Shown piece by piece: positions 51,121-63,740 of a stretch of 64,000 bases of DNA. A program made the position numbers and the translations under genes. The number at the start of each line of letters is the position of its first letter. Position 1 is the first letter of the stretch. The DNA is from Stegostoma tigrinum (Eukaryota), in NCBI RefSeq assembly GCF_030684315.1, contig NC_081387.1, positions 10,994,822-11,058,821 on the forward strand. The letters are read 5' to 3'. The notes below the pieces were generated by a model, which was not told the origin of the DNA, ran no database searches, and saw only the letters and a program-made list of their open reading frames with translations.

Positions 51121-54100
51121 GTGGAAGAACAGACTCATTTATTATTTAAATTATAATTAAAACAAAAATACTCTTACAGATCCCAGATTTGAAAGCATAA
51201 ATCAAATAACCATCATCAGTGTTATTACAAAAGACTTCCCTACTATTATTTTATTGGAAATTAACGAAAGCTAATTTAAGTCATCCAACTGAATGTACGC
51301 TGCTTAAATTTCTTTGATCTTTCAGAATGACTTTAGTACCATTGTAAATTAGAGTAGTCACAAACTGTGTTATGCAAATGCTGATGTGAATCATGAGCTC
51401 AGTTGTAACTTTTATTCCTGCTTGTGATCAGTCCTAGGGTGAAGCAATTGGGAGTTGAATGGATGGAAATTTGGCCTAATATTTTAGTGACCTGAACATT
51501 TTTGAGGTACTGAATAGACAGTAAGTACACATAATGATGTATAATGTCGCTGATTGTAAAAGCAGGTATCCTGCTGTATGAGGGCAAAAAGATAAATACT
51601 TTAGTAGAATCTCAGCAACCCAGAGAAAAGGCAAACAAAGGCAAACCTGGAATCCCACACATGCTAGCCGCATACCATGATTCCTCTACTTTAGTCAAGC
51701 TTGACACGAGATAGTTTAAAACCAATAGGTGCTTTTACTTGGAAAATTGTTGAAGGCAGAAATCCTGAGCCTGTGACATACCTGGGCAGGTAGATGGTTC
51801 ATGACATTTTTTGTAATGACACAGCAGTAAGGCAATGACTGAGTTCAATAAGACTGTGAAGGGATTTCTGTGTTACTAATGAATATTTAACCCAAGATCT
51901 GGAACTGTACCATCGATGAATGGCTGGCACAGCGTTCACACGTACATGTTGCAGTGCCTCAGAGGTCGGTGCCAGATGCACAGTCACTTTGGAATCACCA
52001 TTTGAAGACAACGTTTCTACCCAGGAATAAGAATCATATTGTCACACAGTGATAATACGGCCAGATATTAGAAAGACACATAGAGTATTGAGATTTTATT
52101 GTTTGCATCATCGATTTGAAACGCTTCAGAATCAAGAGTGAATGTTTTAACCGGTCATTCCTTATAGGACATCATTGAATTGGGGCCACTGGGGAATAGA
52201 AAGAAATACATGATTATGTTTGAAGGAAACACAACAGACCCAGCACACAGCAGCAGAACCCATCTGACTCAAATTCAAATATAAACAACTGAGAAAGGGT
52301 CACCGGACCCAAAACATTAACTCTGATTTTTCTTCACAAATGCTGCCAGGCCTGCTGAGCTTTCCAGCGACTTCTGTTTTTGTTCCTGATTTACAGCATC
52401 CACGGTTCTTTAGGTTTTTATTTAGTATCAAACCTGAGCAAGGCTCATTCAACCCATTCCCCAAAAATCAGCAACATCTGGCAGACCCACTCAATAAAGA
52501 CCAGCAAAACCCACAGGGGCACAAAAACATGATGATTTTTGATTAGCCCCTCAATCCTGTTCCATTATTGTTGTCTGGTTCTAATTAGACTGACCCCTCA
52601 GTCCGAGACTGCCCAAACAGTGGAGATGATTTCCCTGTATCTACTACCCACTTCTCTTAATATATTGAAAACCTTGGTCAAATGAGACCTTGACCTTCTA
52701 CATTTCAGGGAACACAACACTAATTTGTTTAATTTCTCCTCATAATTTAACTCTCAAAATCCAGATTTTTATTCAGGTCTGTCCACACTGCACTCCCTCC
52801 AAGATCATAAATCTCCTCAAGCCTGATCTCTTGAATTGCTCTGAGTTCTCCATTAGATCCAGACCCCATCCATCATGGCATTTCACAAACACCAGTAATT
52901 CATAATCCCAGGAGAGCAACACTAAACTCCAGGAACCAATTTTAGTGAGCAGTCTGGGAATATTGACTCCCTTAAGGAAATCGAGCAGTTGACAGGAAGC
53001 CACATCCAGAATGAGATGTTTACAAATGATTTTATCGTCTAAACCCCATCTCTCAAAGAAAACTTGAGACTCAGACCCGTCTTGGGTAGCCATCTCCAGA
53101 AAGTCAGTCTGAAATTTCAGTGCTGAACTCTATGAGGCGGTCTTTAGTGAGCGCACAGTAGGAGGGAGAGAGAGAGAGAGACCCTGAGTTCAGAGACCAC
53201 CCTCCAAGTTATATAGTTAACACCAATTTCAATATCCCGGTTAGAATGATCTGCTCCCATGACTGATGAACGGTATTCATACCTCAGATACTGACAGAAC
53301 TGTCTGTGGATGAGGTTTCACCAAGAGCTGTTAATAGAAGGAGAGGTATTAAAAACTGTTCAATATCAGAGGCAGAGACACAGTAATTGCACAGATCAAC
53401 AGAGCAGAGTCAAGCATACAGTAAAAGGGGTGTACGCACAGATGCAGAGACGGGCAAACATATCCAGATAGTGACAGATAGAAGCAGGCAATGGCAGCAG
53501 ATAGGCAGATTCACAGAGAGACAGAGAATGATATAAAAACAAATAGTGAGAGACGCTCATGCGTACAACTACACACAACAGATCACTCAAATATACACGC
53601 GCAGCATGAGACAGGAAGAGAAAGACAGTTAAGTATATGTCACAGAACGAATGATTCGGTAAGAGAGAAATACCGGTTTTTGATGATAAACTTACATTTT
53701 GTAGAATTGTAGTTGCTCATCCCTCTTACTGTAAAAGAATGAATGTCTGTGAGTGACAAGACACCGTCAGAAAGTGAGAGAAAAAATACTACAACTCCAA
53801 GTAAAAGTGGGTGGTAGACTCCACCATACTGAACTCCTCCAACTAATTATTGAGCCCCTTACACCTTGACTTCAAATAATGAGACAAATAACAGGTAATT
53901 ACAGACCAGTTAGCTTGACATTGGCCATTGGGAAAATGTTGAGCTTATCATAAAGGATGTAATAATAGAACGTAATGGAGGTACAAACAGTCAGTATGGA
54001 TTAATGAAGGGTAAAACATTTACTGGAGTAACAAACAGAATTAGTAAAGGGAAAGCAGTACTTTGGTTGAATGGCACAATTCTGCTCCTACTTCTTAGGG

Positions 54101-57100
54101 TCTAACGAGCCACCACCATAGACCACTTTGTCGCAAAGAGGGAGACTCTCCCCAGAGCCTGAGTCACCACTAACTCCGAGATCAACTTCCAACTCCCTGA
54201 ACACTCAGTGAGAAGCTGCCTTTTTCTTACAAACTCCTACCTTTTTTCTTGTACATGAAGACAGCCACAACTGCAAGAGCGATGATTCCGAGGACTCCAA
54301 GCACAATCCCAACAATAACAGGAACCTGAGAGTGAGGCTTTCGGACTGTCATGAGAGAGAATCAAGATAATACAAGACATACAACACAGGCTATATCTGC
54401 AGTATGTTGTTTTTATTTCAATGTTTAATTCACAGCCATCTTTCTTCCAGGTATGCATACTTTGAAGAAGTTCTGCCGTTCTCTCTGGTGGGATGGGATT
54501 GCTGGTGGAATCTTTCAGCTTGTTCATTTTCTTGCTTTCTACTTCTGTCCACTTGCTTTTTCTCCATCATCAACAGCATAAATACCTTTGTTTTCCAAAC
54601 CTGTTCAGCCCTGAAGAAGGGTCAATCAGGTCTTGGACATTAACTTTATTTCTCTCTCTACAGACAACCCCAGACCTGCTCTAGCACTTTCTAGGTCTCT
54701 CTCACTTTCTCTTTTTATTTCAGCGTTTTTGCGTATATTCAGTGTATGTTGCACTTGAAGTGCCACATTATCACCCTCTTTTCATTTCTCTAAATACATT
54801 ATTACAACTCATTTCAAATCATTCCCTGTGGTAGAAAGTTTTACATTCTAGCCCTCTCTATCATTCAGTATAGCTATGGCTGATCATTCAACTCAGTACC
54901 CAGTTCCTGCTTTCTTCCCATACCCTTTCCTTCTATTGGTCTTAAGAATTATATCGACATCTTTCTTGAAGGTCTTCAATATGTTGGCCTCAACAATTTG
55001 CCGTGGCAAAGAATTCCATAAGCTTGGTTCTGGATTCCCCAGTTATTGGGAACATACTTACTGCATCTACTCTCACTAAACATGTTTGAATTTTATGGGT
55101 TTCCATGGGATTCTACCCTCATTCTTCTAAACTCTAGTGACTATAGTCCTATGCAGTTCTGTCTTCCCCGACAAAAGCAAAAATTGCTGGAGAAATGCAG
55201 TAGGGGTTTCCAAAAATTCACAAACCTCTAAGAGACGGTCAAAATCTCTTTGGGAATCTATTCATGGTGAAATCCAATTATTGTGTCATCCAATAACATT
55301 TTATCAACAGACCAGATCTGTTACTGTGCTTACAGAAATGTCTGAAACAAGCACCGCTGTATCATACAGGACAGTAATGCTCCATTCCTCTTTCAAGGGG
55401 AGTTAGAGTTTCTTTTATCTGTCTTTGAAAAGATCTGACACAATATCTATCTTTAAATTTCCAGCTCAGAAACTTCCAAAAAATCTATTTTCCTTGAACC
55501 CGTTTAATATTTTTCAAAGCCATAGCATTATGTTTTACAGTTTGTCTGAAGTACTATTTGAACTCAATTGCTAGCTGATTCTCATCCTCACTAGCATCTT
55601 GCAGAAGACAAAGTGTGATCGCCTAAAATGAAATTTTCATCAACTCTAAGACAACATGGTGGTCCTCTGCGCTTTCCGCCAACAATATAACCATTTCCTG
55701 ATGCTTCTCCTCCCCTGCATCCAAAATCTTCCCTGAAGGAGGTTTGAGGATTTGTGCTCCTAAGATGCTGCTTGGCCTGCTGTGTTCATCCAGCTCTACA
55801 CTTAGTTATCACTGTTCATGCCTGCTGTCTTATCCTGTCTGAAGCTGTTTTGGAACAGAGAACCTTTTTAATTAGACATGATCAACTGACAGTACACTTG
55901 TTTGATACATTGGGGAAATTTTGTGAAAGTTATCTACAGGTAGTTACCCACATCAGCCCGGTACTTTCAAACTTGAATTTAAAGAACAGTGCTGTTTTTG
56001 AACAGTAACTCTAGACTAGCAGCATGCTGGGTTGTTTAGTGGTAAATGAGACATTACACTATTTGGGTAATATTTTAAAGAAAACAAAATTGTCTGTTTT
56101 GAAACGGATAGTCCACCCAATACCCTCGCCTGGATCACAAGCAGACCATTCAGCCCCTCAAGCCTCTTCCGTCATTCAGTGAGATCTTAGCTGATCAAGG
56201 CCTAACTCCATATCATGCATTTGACTCGAGTTCTTTCATTGAACAAAAAGTTATTTATTTCAGGTTTTAAAAATTACCAACTGTCATCCAAAACTATTGT
56301 CTCTTGCGAGAAAAACAAAAAACTATGGATACTGGAAATCTGAAACAAAAACAAAGTGCTGGAGAAATTCAGCAGGTCTGGCAACATCTGTAGAGAAAGA
56401 AACAAAACTGACATTCAAGTCCAGTGAGCCTTTTTCAGAACTGAAAATAGCTGTTTAAGGTTGGGTTTTATGCTGAATTGGGCAGGGAAAGATGGATATA
56501 ATAGGAGAGAGTGAATACTGTACACAGAGACTACTCAAAGAGCGAAAGGAAGGGATAGGCAAATGAAGAGATGACAGCTAATAAGCTGAGAAAGATAAAT
56601 GCTGGCAAGGGTGCGAATGAGAAGTACAAATGGTTGAAAATGTTATCTCTGTGTTTTTCTCTATATAGGCTCTGTCAGACCTGCTGAGTTTCTCTACCAT
56701 TTTGCTTTGTGATGTTATTTTCTCCTGTGTTTTCTTTCTTCTCTGTTCCACTCCACCATCACTTTCTCCCCACTCTACATCCTTTTCCCCATTTCCAAAT
56801 ACTTCAGCTTCTGCGGCTTGCGTTGGTTTTGTAGCATGACTTTTGAAATCTCACCATGCATCAAGAGCAGAACTGTGATGTATTCCTTTTAAATATCATT
56901 TGCAAGCTCTACGCTTCCTTTCGTAGTTTGAGGTTTTCTGGCCTGACATGCATAATTAGAATCTTGTAATGAACTGTTGGTCACCTTTTTAGAGAAATGG
57001 GGCTTGTAGTACAATGTAACCTTTCCAGTGCAGTGTGCCTGGGACCAAGCCTTTTCTGGATTTGGAAAAATGTTAAAATGCCAAACCTCAAGTTTGTGGA

Positions 57101-57917
57101 TAGGATTAAAATATGGATCTTCCTGACATGCACAACAGCGACATTAAAAAATAGCAGTAGACGTTTTTAGTCATCTAAATACGGCATTTTCAATGCATTC
57201 ATTTTGTTTTAAACAGCGATATTGGAGTGAGCTGACACTTTCTGAAACACATCTCTACACATCTTCAAATGTCTGCCTCAACATAACTCATCGACTGCAT
57301 CATCTTCTGTCTCTTTGTGTTTGGACATATTGATGCTCTAATGTGTACTTGACAAGGTACAAATATGCTTGGAAAGATCTGAAGCTTTTCCAATATCAAC
57401 TATTGACGCACTAAATTAACTCTGTTTCAGCATTGCAAATGACCAGAGCTGTATTTGTTCAAACCAAAATTCAAGATAGCTGGTGTTCCAGTTTGAGAAG
57501 TTACAATACATTTTTCTTACCCAAACAATGAATTGGTAAAGAAAACTCCAGAACAATATCTTATTAGTTCTCCATTGTATTTGGTTGTTAGTGGAAAAAG
57601 TCAAGTAAGTGTGTTTACAATGAAATTATCACAGGTATGGATGTATAAATCAACCATTGATAAATCCTTCTAAAAATTGGAGTCAGCTTACGTGACAAGC
57701 ATAAAGATGAGGTCTGAGCATGGGTACAGATGATCATTTTGAAGTGTCACTGTCATCTGATGCAATCAGTGGATGTATCTTAAACTACTGTTCAATTTCT
57801 CAATGCATTGCCTGCTTGACCTCTTCTAAATAACACACATAGGGTGATAAACTGAGGCTGGTGACTAATGCAAGCATAGTCTGCTGTGGTTGGGAGGGAT
57901 GGTCAATTTGTATATTA

Positions 57918-58256
57918 AACATAGAACATAGAACATGGAACATAGAACAGTACAGCACAGAACAGGCCCTTCAGCCCACGATGTTGTGCCGACCATTGAT
58001 CCTCATGTATGCACCCTCAAATTTCTGTGACCATATGCATGTCCAGCAGTCTCTTAAATGACCCCAATGACCTTGCTTCCACAACTGCTGCTGGCAACGC
58101 ATTCCATGCTCTCACAACTCTCTGTGTAAAGAACCCGCCTCTGACATCCCCTCTATAGTTTCCTCCAACCAGCTTAAAACTATCACTCCACGTGTTAGCC
58201 ATTTCTGCCCTGGGAAATAGTCTCTGGATACCAACTCTATCTATGCCTCTCAGCAT
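57918..58256 (-). mobile_element. CR1 LINE 3' end
   Basis: LRGIDRVGIQRLFP...FFTQRVVRAWNALP, with a (CATAGAA)n tail. Confidence 0.9.
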
Positions 58257-58794
58257 ATTAAGTGTATGCATAACCTTAACTTTTGGAACTGGAAGTTAAG
58301 GGTTGTATCATGCCAGATCAACACATATGCCACAATTTACAGCAGGTCAAACAGATGTTATAACCTCATCTGGATAATCCTTTTTATTTCAGTATTGCAT
58401 CATGAGCTAGCATGCAAAATTTGTCGACAAGATAGGGCAATTTAGTTTTACAGAAACTGGGTTTATTGTTTATCCAACATTGCTGTAGCTAGCTTTTGTA
58501 ACTTTGCGGTCATCTGCACTGAAGACATTTGCACCATGCATATATGGATTTACAGTGCAAATACTTATTTTCAATTCACTGGGAATTCCAGTACATTCAA
58601 TTAGAGGAATCCTAGTTGATTGTAAGTTTTCTTCTACATCTTTTAGAAGCAGGGCTACTTAATTTGATTTTAATTAGCTCGTAGGAATGATTTGTCAATA
58701 TTCTACATTTTTACCTAGGTTATATGAAGACAGGATAAAAATGGTCATGGAAGAATGTGAATTAGCCCTATTCCTTTCTGAAGGTGCTTATTTT

Positions 58795-59355
58795 TAATTC
58801 ATTTGTGGGATGAGGGATCACTGACTAGGCCAGCATTTATTGCCCATCTCAGAGGGCAGTTAAGAGTCAAGTACATTGCTGTGGGTCTGGAGTCAGATGT
58901 AGGCTAGGCCAGATAAGGATAGCAGTTTCCTTCCCGAAAGAACCTTAGTGAAACAGATGATTTTTTCTGACAATGGACAATGGATTAATGGTCATCATTA
59001 GACTCTCTTAGTTCCAGATTTTAATTGAATTCCAATTCCACTATCTGCTGTGGCAGGATTCAAACCCAGGTCCCCGGAATTTCACAGATAACACGGTGTG
59101 AAGCTGGATGAACACAGCAGGTCAAGCAGCATCAGAGGAGCTGGAAAGCTTGACATTTCAGGTCAGGACCCTTCTTCTTCCCTTTTTCTGAAGAAGGGTC
59201 CCGACCCAAAACGTCAAGCTTTCCTGCTCCTCTGATGCTGCTAGGCCCACTGTGTTCATCCAGCTTCACACAGTGTTACCTCAGATTCTCCAGCATCGGC
59301 AGTTCCTACTGTCTCCCCAGAACATCACCTGGGTCTCTGGATTAACAGTCACTAG
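58795..59355 (-). mobile_element. tRNA-derived SINE (second family) interrupted by a Penelope-like insertion
   Basis: Reverse complement of the 50755 SINE, split at about 59080-59313. Confidence 0.85.
59080..59313. mobile_element. Penelope-like inverted pLTR pair
   Basis: Arms at about 59085-59177 and 59187-59313. Degenerate TSD tccccggaa (59071-59079) and tccccagaa (59314-59322). Confidence 0.85.
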
Positions 59356-60585
59356 GAACAATAATATGGGATCTTGAGAAATGGTGGATACTTGAATGTT
59401 AAACTGAAGTATGCAGTAGCCACTTGACATATGAAACTAGCTTAAAACGCAAAAATCATTGGGGAATGGTTCTTGTTGAGACAGACATACTAAAAATGAA
59501 CTAAAGATGACTGAATTTTAAAAGAGCTAGTGAAATCTGGATGTTTGCCTGAAGGCTATATGCAGAGTTAGAGGGTTGCTCATAATTTTGAAATAAACTT
59601 GCCAAAAGTAATTACGAAACTTTGATATTATAGTGCATCTGCGCAATCACTAAGGTCTCACCTGCAGGCTGTTAATCCATCATCCTAAATGTGTCATGGC
59701 TTGTAAAGAATTTAGCAAAATCTTATTAGAACATTTGATTTGATGAAATCTCTGAACTAATTAAGGGAGTGATTTGTATCTTTATAAAGTTGTTATTTTG
59801 AAGAGTTATATATTTGATCCCAGGCTTCTAAAACTGAACGAGAATAGGAGAAAAAAGTGTTTTTTTTCTCTTTTTTGCAGAAAACCCAAAGTTGTAGGTT
59901 TTGCACTTAACTGAGTTTTAAGCTACAGAATTGTTATCGATATTATCTTTTATTTGAAAAGATGATGTGTTGGGAGTACTTTAAATAAGTTTGTGGTTCT
60001 TGTGGAGACTCCAGATGATTCTCTGCTTTTGGTACTTTGTAGAATTTTAAAATTCAACTGTTTTTACCACAAATCAACACATATTGTTTATTTTTACATA
60101 ATTATTTGCGAATGAAACTACAAAGCATTTTCTTTCTGGCTGTGGTCATGAGATGAGCTTGGATTGTCTACAGAATTGAGGGAAGAGCATTTGTAGTGAT
60201 GTGTTCTCCTTCAATTCCTGTCCAATCACTTTTTGCATTTGTTAGGGATCCTTCCTTGACTTTATTCCTGTCCTCAAATAAGTCTAATCAGGGACTCTAA
60301 CCTAATATTGGAGAGTGAGAGATAAAATAGACAGGTCAGGGACATGAGTATTAAAGACTTTAAATAAATCAGGGACTTAAATCCGGCCAGACTGGCATTG
60401 TTTGCAGTGATTTCCAAATTAGCCTGTGAAAAACGACTCTCGGGATTATCGCGATATATTGTAACGAAGCTGTTAAGGTTTTAGAATGTTGTGAAGGTTT
60501 GTGGAAGTCGATAGTTTGCTGTTCGTTGACAGATGGTTGATCAGTGAAAGTTTTGGGTCGAGATTATAAAAGGAGATTGTTTAAG

Positions 60586-61011
60586 ATGTGTAATAGTATA
60601 GATAAGATGGACGATCCGTCTTCTTCACTGGTGAAACTATGTGAATAGTATCCGGATAAATCTGAAAGCCTGCGTGAAGTTTCTGGCGCCTTAAATAAAA
60701 AATTAGGTGATGGACATTGGCCACTAGGCAGCCTCAACAGTAATTAATTCGTTAAATCAGCCCAGCGATGAAACATGGGCTCGAAAAAAGAAATGAAAAA
60801 ATTGATTGGACTGTGGCGACAATTTTGCGACGAAAGCCACAAACAATTGGTATTAAATTCATGGCTGGAGCCTGCCACCAAATTGGGAATTGAACTGACT
60901 GACGATGGTACCATAAAATTAATTGAGGTCCTCAAAAACAAATGTACTCAACTCAAATGTCAACAGGAACAAAAAGTGATTGGTGTTCCTATTGGCTCCT
61001 CGCACCCCTAA
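60586..61011 (+). pseudogene. Matrix-like ORF upstream of gag (142 codons, 3 in-frame stops)
   Basis: MCNSIDKMDDPSSSLVKLCE*YPDKSESLREVSGALNKKLGDGHWPLG...MKKLIGLWRQF..., colinear with the gag N-terminus at 61321. Confidence 0.6.
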
Positions 61012-61320
61012 GCAGAAGTTGCGTTTAAAAAGCTCGGAGGTTTGAGTCCCCCAGTGGCAGGAAAAGTGAAAAAAAAATCTGGAGGTTCGCGATAAAAAAT
61101 ATATAAGTCTGGAGGAATTAGTATAAGACTGGTAAAGTAGAATAAGTATTCGGCTATAAGTATAGGATAAGTACAGTGTCTGTCTGTCTCAAACTCTCTG
61201 CCTTAGACCGGTTTTTAAGAGGGAAATCCCCGCACGAAGGTCGGGACTGTGAAGTGGGTGTTGAGACCAAGGACACTGGTGTAGTAGATAGAAATAAGCA
61301 ACAATGTAAAAGCGCTAAAA

Positions 61321-61545
61321 ATTGGTTAAACCTCGGATAAATCCAGGACTGGTGTTCCTCTACATCGAATGTGCCGAGGTAATTCTGAGGATAGGAAGCG
61401 AATCAGACGTCTGTCGGCACGCCTTAATAATAAATTAGGGAATGAAATTTGGCCAATAGGGGGAACCTGAGATGTAGATAAATACATAAAAGTGAAAGAA
61501 GCAATTTGAAAATGCAATTCAGGGACAAAATTGAAGAACTTTAAT
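61321..61545 (+). pseudogene. gag: gag remnant (matrix region)
   Basis: IG*TSDKSRTGVPLHRMCRGNSEDRKRIRRLSARLNNKLGNEIWPIGGT*DVDK. att ggt taa is two substitutions from MGQ, and WPxxGT is typical of class I matrix. Confidence 0.65.
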
Positions 61546-62400
61546 ATCCATGTAGAGAAAAACTGCTGAGGAAATAACGAACAAATCTAAACTGGCGAGT
61601 TGGGAGAATAATGCATGTCGAAGAGGGATTAGAGTATGTGATTATGAGGGAAGCTTTAAATCGTGGGATGCATTGAAGGAGCAGTATGGGGAGTAAAGCA
61701 GAACAGGAAATGCGGAATAAAGAATTAGGAGTAAAACACCAGACTGAATTACCGTACGGAAATAAAAAGGAGGTGCCTCCTGACATATCTGTCTTGCTGA
61801 TGTTGTTCCAAAGTAATGACATAAATGAGTAAGACAAGCAGGACTGGAGAAGGAAGTAGGCTACTTAAAATAAAGTGTTACATGCAATGCAGATTATGTG
61901 GTACATTAGAACATGCAGAGATTCTGCCAATACAGATCTGATGAATTGGTTTAAACTCCCTGTTAACAATGCAGAGATTTAGCTGGGTTAGAAGTGCCTT
62001 ATAATACAGTATCAAGGGGCTATTTCCTAGCAGAAGTTGTTTTAAAAGAATACAGTAACCCTCCTTTGGTTGCCCACGTCGGGGTACTGGAGGAATACAG
62101 TTCCTTCATGTAGTCATTTTCAGATTAAACATCAGTAATGCATTTGTGCTGTTGTCTGGCACACCACATTTTAGTTACAGCCATAAGATAAAGAATACAA
62201 ACCCACGGCTTGTACAGACCATATGTCCTGTCGTACAAGGCTTAAAACTAAACAGAGAAACAGGAGACTGAATACAGAACAGACTGTGGACAAAAGGAGG
62301 GAGGGCAGGATTCTTCTAAAACTCACAGGGGAGGCCTTAAAAAAAAGCCTCCTCAGGTACTCCCATCCAGAATTCCCTGTATGTTAAAACCCTTGTCCAG

Positions 62401-63579
62401 GCAATCCTCTTCCCTAAACAATTGGCTATTATCAAATGCGCTGCCCATGCCTCCTGTATTTATTTAGGGTAATGCTTGGGTTGATCAGGCTGCCACAGAT
62501 CAAACTTTTATTGTGCCCTCTATGAGCAAGCAGATCATAAATTGCTTACCTCCTTCCAACATCTCAAGCATGCCAGATATTGTCACTGTTCAGTGTTTAC
62601 AGGGGGTCGCCCCTGACTCTGAAAAACAATTATGGAAGGCGCGTGGGTGTTGGCGCTCTGCGTCAAAAGGCCTCTGGGTCATTCCACTTGGCCAAGTGTG
62701 TATACCTGATGCTTTGTTATCAATGCTTATTGACTGGTCAAGGAGTGCGGTGCGTAACAGGAAACACTCTTGCCAGGTAGTCTATTTAAGAGCATTAGCT
62801 TGATTTTATTGAATTGCCACGTGTACATTGCTATAGGTATTGTCTTGTTACTGTTGATGTATTTAGTAGAAGAATCGAGGCCTTCCCAACCACTCATAAT
62901 GAAGCCTCGACGGTGGTAAAATTACTACTGACAGAAATCATACCAAGATTCGGGGTACCTCGACAGATTAGTTCAGACAATGGCCTCCACTTTATTGGGG
63001 ATATTGACGATGAAATATGTGCTCATTTTGGGATCTGCCGCCAACTTCATTGTGCGTATCACCCTCAGACTGCGGGGCTTGTAGAACGCTGTAACCAAAC
63101 TTAAAAAAACTAAACTTGCCAAATTGACTTCTGTGACCAGTCTCTCCTGGGTTCAATTGTTGCCTCTGGTCTTATTCCACCTGCGTTGCACTCCCATGGG
63201 CAAAACTCGCTTGTCCCCAGCCGAAATCATTTACTGTTGAGCTTTCCGGGGATGATGCCCTTTCCCCTGTTCATTTCTACCACGTGACTGAAGACATCCT
63301 CCTGTATTCTTACTTCAACTAAAATTTTGTGAGGTCTTCACTCCCAGTCCTTGCTGCCTATGAGAAGCTCCCCTCCCTGACACTGTTCCAACTGTTGAAC
63401 CCAGCTCCTTCGTTCTCATCAAGAATTGGATGCGCCGCGGCCTCCAACCTCGATGGGAAGTCCCCTTCCAGGTTCCCCTCACCACCCCTACTGCTGCTAA
63501 GGTCGCTGGGCGCTCCGCCTGGGTTCACTTCCATCATTGCAATGTCATCGGTCTAGCCCCTTCCGAAGCGGGGAGATGA
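62401..63579 (+). pseudogene. pol: pol remnant: RNase H C-terminus plus integrase
   Basis: AILFPKQLAIIKCAAH and GNAWVDQAA; LDFIELP...VDVFSRRIEAFP...SSDNG-(D-X35-E)-YHPQTAGLVERCNQT; SWVQLLPLVL, LSPAEIIY; PRWEVPFQVPLTTPTAAKVAGRSAWVH. Protease and RT were not found. Confidence 0.9.
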
Positions 63580-63740
63580 AGGAGATGGAGACGATGAGGG
63601 ACTGGGGAAGGAACCAGAATCAGTTGGTTACAGACCAGACTCCTAAGATACAACCAAAACTGCATGTTTCGAATAATAATTCTTCTTTTGTTTTAGATAT
63701 CCTACTCCTTGCCCCAGGACGACCAGAAGGAATCTCCCGG

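Noticed and set aside
51280-53180. Possible third GPCR or pseudogene on the minus strand (acceptor-like site near 52190, ORF 52773..53093)
   Set aside because: No GPCR motifs were found by eye in any frame, and stops are frequent.
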